From: a virus
DNA length: 62,748 nt
IMG/VR virus record: IMGVR_UViG_3300037096_000044
Location: 1-62,748 of that record
Strand: one strand, 5' to 3'
This document shows, piece after piece, positions 45,749 through 53,471 of the stretch (positions are counted from its first letter, which is position 1; each line of letters starts with the position of its first letter). Position numbers and translations under genes: made by a program. The notes below the pieces were generated by a model, which saw only the letters and a list, made by a program, of their open reading frames with translations, was not told the origin of the DNA and searched no databases.

Positions 45749-48019
45749 CTATAGCTTCCACTCCTGCGCTAGTTTCTCTACATCGATGGGCCGCATGTCC
45801 TTACTAAGCTCCATGGGCAACCGCCTCGATAGCTCTGCGGAAGAACAGATTAGCCGGGCTGGTGATCCTCGCGTCCCCCATTTCTCAATCGAGACTTTGT
45901 GATCGCCGACGAACCACTCTTGCGACTTCGCGATCTTACGCACCGTTAAAGGTTTCTCTAGCCGGTCATTGTGCCGGCCATCATAGAGATGGTTCTTGAT
46001 CAGTCTAATCAAATCCGTATCTAAAAGTAGAACCCCGCCGTTGGCTGGGTTCCACTTTCCGTTTTGCCACGGAGCCTTACAAACCCGCTCCGCGAACTTC
46101 GGATCGCCCGCCATTTCCTCCCGTAGCCGGTTAAGGAAGTTCGAAACCAGAACTTGGCCCGGCGAATACCCTTCCTCGATAACCTGGCGTTTCAACACCG
46201 ACCAAGGCGCATCGTCCCCGCGAATGACAGGACCAACCTTCTTAACGAACTCCTCCGCCCAAGCTTTTATAATCCCCAATCCGCCTTCCTCTTCGAGCCA
46301 CAAATTGAACTTTGTCCAATACGCCGGGTTTTTCTTCTCGTCAGTTACTTTGGGCACGAACCACCGTCGATCATCGACCGACAACTGTATGGCCCGCATC
46401 GAGTTCGAACAAGCGAATACATGCATCCAGTTTTCCATCTCGTAATTGTCAAGGTATTTCTTTTTAACGGTAACAAATTTGTCGGTGATAATTGATTTGA
46501 GCTTATTGTAAGCCTTAGCACTGTGACCGGCGTAGATTTCATGCACGACGGCCAACCGTTTGTGGGCCAGCCAATAATTAAAATCGCTATCAACAATCTC
46601 GCTCTCGGACGGGAAAGAGACATTCCACTCTCCTAGGATTGGCGTTAGGATTTTCTCGCCCAGCGTCGATTTACCGACACCTTGGACTTCCGAGATTAAA
46701 AGCACCCCATAGGTGATTTTAGTCTCAGGTAGAGCTATCAGCGTAGCACACCACCTCATAAGCTCAGTGCGGTCTTTCTCATCGGGTATTAAGTGCTCCA
46801 TGAAATCGAGAAACGGCCTAGCTTCCCCTTTTTCCGATTTCACATTGGACGGACAATGCGTATTGATAAACCGTCCACCGTCCTTCGAGCTATAGATGCC
46901 TTTCTCCATAGCTGGGGAATATTTAATGATGGCGCTTTTCGAAGCTGCATCCTTCCGGACCAGCCTAGCAGTATCGTCCGCGTCCGAATACGGCGCGACG
47001 GTCGAATTGAATTGTTTCTCGTTCAAAAGATTTGAGGGGAAGTCCTTGTGGATATACACCTCTGGCCGGACGGAGTGGTACCATTCCTCGCGGAACGCTT
47101 GCGTCAGCTTTTGGATTGGACGGCCGGTGCCGGCCGGGTTCGGTATAAGCTCGGTGGCTCGGGTAGCGAGCACAATGAGCTTTTCAATCTTAGGTCCAAT
47201 ATATCGTCCGCTTTTCGTAAAAAGCGAACGCGGCACATCGTCCGCAAGGTCCCAGCTTAATCCAAAACGCGGATCGAACATTATCCCTTTAACCGCCATC
47301 CCAAAATTCTTCGAGAACTCCTGTAACACCGCTTTCCCGGCCCAATCGTTATCACAAACATAGATGAACTCGGTTCCGCCGCTAGATCGTAACTCCGGAT
47401 AGTCGGCACGGTGAGGCGCTAGCGCTCCGCCAATCATGCCCCAGTGTTCATATAGAGTTAGGAAATCTCCGAATGGGTGATCTTTTAACTCTTTCTTGCG
47501 CTTCGGATCGTTGACCAACCCGTCCACGAATGCTGCGCTTTTGGCGCCTTCATGCACCATTACGCGCGAAACAAGCGAGCGCTTGTCTCGCGGTTTCCAA
47601 AAGGGAAGCGACCTATCCGGCTCCATCCTTCTCCACTCGCCATCCGACCAAAACGACCACGGCACATACGCCTTCCGATCTACTAGCCGTTCTTGGACCA
47701 TGATCAGTCCGCCTTCGCGCCGGTCCCAAAATTCATATAAAGCTCCTCTTCCAACTTTTGGGAGGAGGGCCTTTATATTCTTCGCGTTAATTGATTTGGG
47801 GAAATCCGCTTTCGCCAATTCGCCTTTGATACTTTCGACTTCTTCCTTAGTAGGCGCGAACTCCTTATTGGAGCACGAAATCGTCCCATCTGAGGCGATC
47901 TTAATAAGTGCTCGCTCGGTATAGTAATTGCCGCGATGGACTTTCACCATGTAGCGGCGGAAGTTCAATTCCTCCGCGCCGACGCGGGCAATATAAGTGT
48001 TAAGCTTCGGTGTTTTCAT
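45749..48019 (-). CDS. Primase-helicase (Toprim-like domain plus SF3/D5-P4-type P-loop helicase).
   Basis: VMVHEGAKSA and FIYVCDNDWAGK give the Toprim E and DxD residues. Walker A is SEVQGVGKSTLGEKI. Confidence 0.7.
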   Translation of the reverse strand: MKTPKLNTYIARVGAEELNFRRYMVKVHRGNYYTERALIKIASDGTISCSNKEFAPTKEEVESIKGELAKADFPKSINAKNIKALLPKVGRGALYEFWDRREGGLIMVQERLVDRKAYVPWSFWSDGEWRRMEPDRSLPFWKPRDKRSLVSRVMVHEGAKSAAFVDGLVNDPKRKKELKDHPFGDFLTLYEHWGMIGGALAPHRADYPELRSSGGTEFIYVCDNDWAGKAVLQEFSKNFGMAVKGIMFDPRFGLSWDLADDVPRSLFTKSGRYIGPKIEKLIVLATRATELIPNPAGTGRPIQKLTQAFREEWYHSVRPEVYIHKDFPSNLLNEKQFNSTVAPYSDADDTARLVRKDAASKSAIIKYSPAMEKGIYSSKDGGRFINTHCPSNVKSEKGEARPFLDFMEHLIPDEKDRTELMRWCATLIALPETKITYGVLLISEVQGVGKSTLGEKILTPILGEWNVSFPSESEIVDSDFNYWLAHKRLAVVHEIYAGHSAKAYNKLKSIITDKFVTVKKKYLDNYEMENWMHVFACSNSMRAIQLSVDDRRWFVPKVTDEKKNPAYWTKFNLWLEEEGGLGIIKAWAEEFVKKVGPVIRGDDAPWSVLKRQVIEEGYSPGQVLVSNFLNRLREEMAGDPKFAERVCKAPWQNGKWNPANGGVLLLDTDLIRLIKNHLYDGRHNDRLEKPLTVRKIAKSQEWFVGDHKVSIEKWGTRGSPARLICSSAELSRRLPMELSKDMRPIDVEKLAQEWKL

Positions 48020-48452
48020 TGACCTTCTCTTTTATCATTTCAATCATTGCTGCGAGTTGTGGGTCGTCCTTTATCGCTTCTTCAATTTTTCTTTGTCCGT
48101 GTAAAACGGTCGCGTGGTGAAATCCTCCGAGTGCGGTCGCAATTTGGTTAAGGGAATAGTCGCCTTTCGCAATGAACATTACAACTTGTCTCGGCACAAC
48201 AATGTTTTGGGTATGTAGCCGCGACGTTACCCAAGCTCCCGGTATCCCGAAACTTTCAGCCACAGCGCGGATAATCTGTTTTATCTTCTTCTCGCGTGGT
48301 GCGGCAGCATAACTGTAATTGATGACGACTTCATCGGCCTTGACGCTTTGATTGATTGCCGGAGTATAAGTCCCTTTTGGCGACGGAGCGCTATTGAGGC
48401 GCTTCATCCGTTCTAAGTGTTCGCGGTGGAGCGTTCGGAGGTAGGACACCAA
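48000..48452 (-). CDS. DnaA domain IV-like helix-turn-helix protein.
   Basis: RQVVMFIAKGDYSLNQIATALGGFHHATVLHGQRKIE matches the DnaA C-terminal pattern (...HsTVlha..ki). Confidence 0.55.
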   Translation of the reverse strand: MVSYLRTLHREHLERMKRLNSAPSPKGTYTPAINQSVKADEVVINYSYAAAPREKKIKQIIRAVAESFGIPGAWVTSRLHTQNIVVPRQVVMFIAKGDYSLNQIATALGGFHHATVLHGQRKIEEAIKDDPQLAAMIEMIKEKVNENTEA

Positions 48453-48594
48453 TTACCCTCGGGCGGCGGCAACGAGGTTATTTTCGCCTTTCCCCGAAGT
48501 CAAGGAAAGGGTTTTTCCGGGCTAAAAGATAATCCTTTTATTGACTAGCGTTTCGGCGGAGACTAGCCTTCGGACGGGAAAAAGGAGAGCACCG

Positions 48595-49203
48595 ATGCCC
48601 CATCCTAACGCGGACGTTGCCGCTGCCATAGCTGGTAGCGCGAAGAGCAAACCCAACCCCGATAAGTTGCAAGAACTCCAGCGCGAAGCGGCCCGCGCCC
48701 GCGATCTAGAGCGCGAGATTGTAGATGCCGAAGAGCACCTATCATCTCTTAAAGAGAAACTTCAAAAGCTTTACTTTACCACTCTCCCCGATCTGATGGC
48801 CGAAGTGAAGCTAGACTATATCGGCGTTCCCCCGCGCGGCAACTTGCCGGGCGTCGATTATAAGCTCACCCCTTTCTATGCGGCAAATATCGCGGCGGCA
48901 TGGCCAGTTGAAAAGCGGGAGGCCGCTTTTTCACTCCTAAAACGGCTTCACGCTGAGTCATTGATTAAGACGGAGGTTAGTGCGGCGTTGCCGAAGGGCA
49001 ATTTAGCGACCGCCAAGAAGCTCGTGGCTGCCGCTAAGAAGCTCGGTGTTACCGCCGACCTAACACTGTCCGTTCACTCGGGCACACTTAAAGCTTGGCT
49101 CCGCGACCTCTATGAAAAGGGCAAGGCTCTTTCGAAATCCGACCTCGAAAAGATTGGCGGCTCGGTCGGCCGTGTCGTCCGCCCCGAGGAGCGCAAGACA
49201 TGA
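48595..49203 (+). CDS. Hypothetical protein with an N-terminal coiled coil.
   Basis: The ATG follows aaaaggagagcaccg. The track start at 48541 is a TTG extension. Confidence 0.5.
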   Translation: MPHPNADVAAAIAGSAKSKPNPDKLQELQREAARARDLEREIVDAEEHLSSLKEKLQKLYFTTLPDLMAEVKLDYIGVPPRGNLPGVDYKLTPFYAANIAAAWPVEKREAAFSLLKRLHAESLIKTEVSAALPKGNLATAKKLVAAAKKLGVTADLTLSVHSGTLKAWLRDLYEKGKALSKSDLEKIGGSVGRVVRPEERKT

Positions 49204-49370
49204 GGCGTCATCACCGGGCCGAACGCGGAAGAGGCGTTGTTACCATCGGACCGTTTTCAGGCTTAAGGAAACTCGGAAGGGCTATGCGTCGCGGTAAAGT
49301 CCCTCCAGAGCGACAGGTCATTATTGATACCGCGATGAAAAAAGCCAACGAAAGGAAATCCAATGGCTAA
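49200..49370 (+). CDS. Small basic protein (56 aa), tentative.
   Basis: MRRHHRAERGRG... ATGA overlap upstream, and its stop overlaps the next start. It is below the track cutoff. Confidence 0.3.
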   Translation: MRRHHRAERGRGVVTIGPFSGLRKLGRAMRRGKVPPERQVIIDTAMKKANERKSNG

Positions 49371-50202
49371 GGCGACAGCAAAACCTACCGGACGTGCAAT
49401 AGCGAAGACCGGAGGCGGCGGAGTTCCCGCCCACCTTCAAAAAGTCAAGATGAGTGGAGCGGGAGTATCGACCGATACCTCCGATCTATTGATCCCGATG
49501 TGCCGCATCCTCCAACCGATGTCCCCGGAGGTCCAAAAGCGCGGCGCGACGTATATTAAAGGAGCCGAGCCGGGCGACATCTATATCAAGAACGCCGCCA
49601 ACCCGGTTCTTAAGGGCGAGGATGGTTTTCTCTTTCAGCCTTGCTACTTCTCGAAGGGCATTGTTGAGTGGCTACCGCGCGATAAGGGCGGCGGCGGCGG
49701 CGGCGGGTTCGTAATGTTGCACAAGGAGGAACCGGCGGACGCAATATCCGTTCCGAACCCGCAGAACCCGGAGCGCACCATGCGTATCCGGAAGAGTAAC
49801 AAGAATATCCTCGTGGAGACGCGATACCACGGCGGTTTCATTATCACCGACGGAACCCCGATGCCGGCCGTTATTCCCTTCGCTTCATCCGGGCACACCG
49901 TATCAAAGGCTTGGATGATGCTTATGAACTCGAAGATGGTATCGGGGGTGAAGGCCGACAGCTGGGCGGTCTATTACCGCTTCAAGACGAAGCTGAAGAC
50001 GGTCGGCCCGAATACGTGGTCCATCTTCGAAATTACAGATGGTGGGGAGGAAGACGAAGACGGCCTTCCCTCTACACTGTGGGTCCCCACGCTTGAAGAC
50101 TATGAGCGCGGCGCGGCGCTCGGTAAGTCGCTAGCGAGCGGCGCTCAACGCTTCGACGCAGCGGCAGCGGGCGACGAAGCCGCTGACGATGAGAAGATGT
50201 AA
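49363..50202 (+). CDS. Hypothetical DNA-metabolism-module protein with a Gly7 tract and an acidic C-terminal tail (possible ssDNA-binding or annealing role).
   Basis: 279 aa ending in AAGDEAADDEKM. The function is a guess from context and the acidic tail. Confidence 0.4.
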   Translation: MAKATAKPTGRAIAKTGGGGVPAHLQKVKMSGAGVSTDTSDLLIPMCRILQPMSPEVQKRGATYIKGAEPGDIYIKNAANPVLKGEDGFLFQPCYFSKGIVEWLPRDKGGGGGGGFVMLHKEEPADAISVPNPQNPERTMRIRKSNKNILVETRYHGGFIITDGTPMPAVIPFASSGHTVSKAWMMLMNSKMVSGVKADSWAVYYRFKTKLKTVGPNTWSIFEITDGGEEDEDGLPSTLWVPTLEDYERGAALGKSLASGAQRFDAAAAGDEAADDEKM

Positions 50203-50210
50203 AGGTCAAA

Positions 50211-50238
50211 GGGGAAACCCAATTGGGTTTCCCCTTTC
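50211..50238 (+). terminator. Rho-independent terminator.
   Basis: Perfect palindrome GGGGAAACCC-aatt-GGGTTTCCCC followed by ttt. Confidence 0.8.
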
Positions 50239-50347
50239 AGCTTCCGGTAGAAGAGGCGTTTCATCGGTGGGCGCGCCTCCCTCCTTCTGGCAGGTCACTC
50301 GGACCGGCACCTGTGGAAGAAAGCCGGTCCACCTAATTTAATGGATA

Positions 50348-50712
50348 CATGCTTATCCGGTTGCCACACACAGGAGCTAGATCATGAGCGGCTTGACGGA
50401 AGAACAGCTTGACGCACTAGGCATAAAACGGCCTGAAATCCCGGCCGACACGGTGGAGCACCAAGTGACGCCATCACAGCGGGCCTACGGGCTTCTGTGG
50501 CGCACATTTACGGACCTGCCGTTTGTTCACATGGCGCGCCGCGAATTGTTTGAGGCGCTGTCAAAAGAGGAACGGTATGCCGGGATCGCGTGGGCTATCG
50601 AGAAGTACGGCACCATGCCAACGCAGCAAATGATCGCTGCCGATATACAGGTCGGCCAGTTCCCCGAAAAATCCTACGGATAGTAGCTGTGTGTCTAAAC
50701 CGGATAAGCATG
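50348..50712 (+). mobile_element. Inverted-repeat-bracketed cassette 1 (365 bp), flanked by an 8-bp direct duplication AATGGATA.
   Basis: The L end is 50348-50373 (CATGCTTATCCGGTTGCCACACACAG). The R end is 50687-50712 (CTGTGTGTCTAAACCGGATAAGCATG). AATGGATA occurs at 50340-50347 and at 50713-50720. Confidence 0.7.
50384..50683 (+). CDS. Cassette 1 cargo: hypothetical 99-aa protein.
   Basis: RBS caggag lies at the inner edge of the L repeat. The stop is 4 nt before the R repeat. Confidence 0.6.
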   Translation: MSGLTEEQLDALGIKRPEIPADTVEHQVTPSQRAYGLLWRTFTDLPFVHMARRELFEALSKEERYAGIAWAIEKYGTMPTQQMIAADIQVGQFPEKSYG

Positions 50713-50713
50713 A

Positions 50714-50959
50714 ATGGATATGACAATGGCAGATGATCAAGCGCTTAGGATCGATATAAAACCGGGTGATGATGGCGGTGTCCCGACTGACCGCGAAAAG
50801 GCATCCCAGTACCGAACGAAGGCGACCATCCAGCTAACATCGCTTTGTAAGCTTCTCGATGAAGCGAAGGCGGACGGTTTCATCATCTCTTACGGAACCG
50901 GCGACAATGCTCAAGGCGAACAGGCCATCACCAAACTCGACATCTCGTTTGCGCCATGA
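50714..50959 (+). CDS. Hypothetical protein.
   Basis: Its ATG lies inside the right copy of the AATGGATA duplication. Confidence 0.5.
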   Translation: MDMTMADDQALRIDIKPGDDGGVPTDREKASQYRTKATIQLTSLCKLLDEAKADGFIISYGTGDNAQGEQAITKLDISFAP

Positions 50960-51135
50960 TAGTCCGTGAAGCCGGGTTAATCATCTTCAACTGCGACAAG
51001 TGTTCCGACTTCGTGGAGACGGAGGAGCGCGGCTTCGAGGAAGCGAAATTAAAGCTCGATGCTGAGAAGTGGCACGCCGTCCGCGTCGGACTAAACTGGG
51101 AACAGATTTGTCCGTCTTGTTGGAGCAAGTTATGA
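50956..51135 (+). CDS. Small CxxC...CxxC zinc-ribbon protein (59 aa).
   Basis: Sequence is MIVREAGLIIFNCDKCSDFVE...ICPSCWSKL, with ATGA overlaps at both ends. Confidence 0.45.
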   Translation: MIVREAGLIIFNCDKCSDFVETEERGFEEAKLKLDAEKWHAVRVGLNWEQICPSCWSKL

Positions 51136-51824
51136 CCGCCGAAGTAGCGTTATCGGTTCGTGAACAAATCCTAGCGTTGTGGCCCGATCACACCGGGCCG
51201 GAGATTGAGGCTATGTTAGCGAAGGAGTTGGGTTCGGCTAAACCGCGCTACATCTTTGGCGTAGTGCGGCGGGCACGAAGACGCGGCGACGCTAGAGCCA
51301 TCGAGAAACCGAAGGGGAAGATGAGCGAGTGGACGAAGGAGAGTAAGGACCGGCTGCGCGAACTCGCCGCGCCGGGCCACGATACGCTTAGCGATTATGA
51401 TATTGCGAATATCCTTAATAAAGAGTTTGGTACATCCTTCTCCCGTAATGCCATAATCGGAATGCGTGGAAGGATGCTACTTTTTAAGGCGCGGAAAGAA
51501 AGAAAACATCATGCGCGTGGCGAGTATCGCCCGCGCGCCATCCTTCAGCCGAAGGATAAGCCGGGCCAGAATTTGAATTTTCATTCTTGGCGCTCGCCTA
51601 AGCCGTCTAAGCCTCCAGTTCTTGTAGAGCCGAAAGAAGCTCAACAAGGTTTCCCGTATCGGGCGAGCCTTCTTGAGCTTAACAATTCGACTTGCCGGTG
51701 GCCGGTGTGGCCTCACTTCGTCGATCCTCCGGACCGCGAATATTTCTTTTGTGGCGAGCCGAGCGCGGACCTCGGAGCATCGAAACCATATTGTCCCTAT
51801 CACACGTCCCAATCGAGAGGCTAA
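51132..51824 (+). CDS. gcrA: GcrA-like cell-cycle/transcription regulator with a duplicated N-terminal HTH-like module.
   Basis: The N-terminal module is MSEWTKESKDRLRELAAPGH...SRNAIIGMRGRM, and an upstream copy reads REQILALWPDHTGPEIEAMLAKELG...IFGVVRRARRRG. The C-terminal signature is CRWPVW...FFCGEP...KPYCPYH. Confidence 0.7.
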   Translation: MTAEVALSVREQILALWPDHTGPEIEAMLAKELGSAKPRYIFGVVRRARRRGDARAIEKPKGKMSEWTKESKDRLRELAAPGHDTLSDYDIANILNKEFGTSFSRNAIIGMRGRMLLFKARKERKHHARGEYRPRAILQPKDKPGQNLNFHSWRSPKPSKPPVLVEPKEAQQGFPYRASLLELNNSTCRWPVWPHFVDPPDREYFFCGEPSADLGASKPYCPYHTSQSRG

Positions 51825-51938
51825 TACCATGGTCCTTAGATCGCGCATCGGCGTGATGGAGCCGGTAGGTATGTTGGTTGCTCTCCTACCTAAAGGCGCG
51901 ATTTGAGGGGCAACTCCTTGGCTGGGAGCCATAAATAT

Positions 51939-52664
51939 CATGCTTATCCGGTTGCCACACACAAACGCTGAGACCTACTAGATGTTGATGCGAACAAAAC
52001 CCAAAGCTCTTGACCTTTTCTGCTGTGCCGGCGGCGCGGGAATGGGCTTGTGGCAAGCCGGATTTGAGGTTGTCGGTGTTGATATTGAGCCGCAGCGCCG
52101 CTATCCGTTTGAGTTTCATCAAGCCGACGCTATGACGTTTCCGCTGGACGGCTTCGATTTCGTTTGGGCAAGTCCGCCTTGCCAAGGCTACAGCCATCTG
52201 ACGCCTAAAGATGCAAAAAAGAGATGGGTCAAGCTAATTCCGGCCATAAGGGCGCGCTTAGTCAAAGCCGGAGTGCCGTATTGCATCGAGAACGTGGTGG
52301 GTGCCCGCCAACAACTCGTAAGGCCGTGCCTGCTTTGCGGCTCCATGTTTGGCCTTCGGACACAACGACACCGGCTTTTTGAAACATCGTTTTCGACCGC
52401 TCCTCCAAGAACGTGCGACCACAGCCAAATTCCGCTGCTCGTCACTACAGCCAGCAAAGCGAGCCGAGAGAAGCGTTTTAAGTTGGGAATGCCCCCAAAG
52501 ACGGTAAAAAACGCCCCCCTAGCCTACGGAATTGATTGGATGGATTTCAACGGACTGAAAGAGGCGATACCACCCGCTTACGCCAAGTTCATCGGAACAG
52601 CCGCAATGGCATATATCAAACAGACACAAGCTGTAGGGCTGTGTGTCTAAACCGGATAAGCATG
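51939..52664 (+). mobile_element. Inverted-repeat-bracketed cassette 2 (726 bp).
   Basis: The L end is 51939-51963 and the R end is 52640-52664. Its inner L and R extensions are shared with cassette 3. GAAGGATT follows the R end at 52665-52672. Confidence 0.65.
51982..52650 (+). CDS. Cassette 2 cargo: compact DNA (cytosine-5) methyltransferase (222 aa).
   Basis: Contains DLFCCAGGAGMG (I), ASPPCQGYS (IV), IENV (VI), TQRHRLF (VIII) and a short target-recognition region. The last codons and the TAA stop lie inside the R repeat. Confidence 0.75.
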   Translation: MLMRTKPKALDLFCCAGGAGMGLWQAGFEVVGVDIEPQRRYPFEFHQADAMTFPLDGFDFVWASPPCQGYSHLTPKDAKKRWVKLIPAIRARLVKAGVPYCIENVVGARQQLVRPCLLCGSMFGLRTQRHRLFETSFSTAPPRTCDHSQIPLLVTTASKASREKRFKLGMPPKTVKNAPLAYGIDWMDFNGLKEAIPPAYAKFIGTAAMAYIKQTQAVGLCV

Positions 52665-52877
52665 GAAGGATTACCCCGGACCATGCGAAACATCATCGGA
52701 GGCGATATGCTCTTTTGGAGGCCGGAAGGCCCGCAACTAGAATACCGCGATCGCACGTTTTTCATTGCCGACCTCAATCCTGAGATTGAGATTAGGTGGG
52801 CCGTGACGCCGCGCCAGCTTCTCGGCATCGGCTTCAAGTGCATCGCCGCCGCAACCCGTTCCCTCTTGTCACTTTAG
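52662..52877 (+). CDS. Hypothetical protein (alternative start 52683).
   Basis: The first ATG is the terminal ATG of the cassette 2 R repeat. Confidence 0.45.
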   Translation: MEGLPRTMRNIIGGDMLFWRPEGPQLEYRDRTFFIADLNPEIEIRWAVTPRQLLGIGFKCIAAATRSLLSL

Positions 52878-52884
52878 GCCCAAA

Positions 52885-53106
52885 ATGAACCCGGATCAGA
52901 CCATCAACCTAAATCAGAACGCCGCCGACTGCATCAAGGCAGCCAGCAAATTCGGTGAGACGATCTACACCAATATCTGCAACGGGAATGTTTCTCACGT
53001 TGCATGGGGCGGCGTCGATTGGCTTGCCATGATAGGCATATCGAGCTTTGGCCTAGCCTTCACGGCGCTGCTTTTCAGCTTCGCGATTATGGTCATTCGA
53101 GATTGA
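52885..53106 (+). CDS. Small membrane protein.
   Basis: C-terminal hydrophobic segments WLAMIGISSFGLAFTALLFSFAIMVI. Confidence 0.5.
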   Translation: MNPDQTINLNQNAADCIKAASKFGETIYTNICNGNVSHVAWGGVDWLAMIGISSFGLAFTALLFSFAIMVIRD

Positions 53107-53112
53107 AGGATT

Positions 53113-53471
53113 CATGCTTATCCGGTTGCCGCACACAAACGCTGAGACCTACTAGATGCTGAGGGCACTATGAAGATCATCGTTAACGGCGAGCCGCACG
53201 AATACGCGCACAAAAAGATAGGCTACGACGAGGTCGTTAAGCTGGCGACCGGCAAAAACTCGCAAGAACTGACGGTTACCTATTTTTGGCGCAGCCATCT
53301 GCATGATTTGACCCGCAACGGTTCGCTTTCGCCGGGTGTTTGGAAGCCCAGGAGCCTTGGCAATCTTCGCAAGACAATCGAGGTTGCCGAAGGCATGGAG
53401 TTCACCGCAGTTTGGACAGGTGCAGCGTGACCACAAGATGTAGGGCTGTGTGTCTAAACCGGATAAGCATG
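53113..53471 (+). mobile_element. Inverted-repeat-bracketed cassette 3 (359 bp).
   Basis: The L end is 53113-53137 (one A-to-G change) and the R end is 53447-53471. GAAGGATT precedes the L end at 53105-53112. Confidence 0.65.
53170..53430 (+). CDS. Cassette 3 cargo: beta-grasp (ThiS/MoaD/multiubiquitin-like) small protein.
   Basis: Contains MKIIVNGEPHEYAHKKIGYDEVVKLA...TVTY...GMEFTAV. There is no C-terminal Gly-Gly. It is preceded by a 5-codon uORF (MLRAL) whose stop overlaps this ATG. Confidence 0.45.
   Translation: MKIIVNGEPHEYAHKKIGYDEVVKLATGKNSQELTVTYFWRSHLHDLTRNGSLSPGVWKPRSLGNLRKTIEVAEGMEFTAVWTGAA

Noticed and set aside
49686-49703. A GGC trinucleotide run encoding Gly7 in the 49363-50202 gene, considered as a phase-variation tract.
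   Set aside because: The unit length is 3, so slippage stays in frame. At only about 6 units it is probably just a flexible linker.
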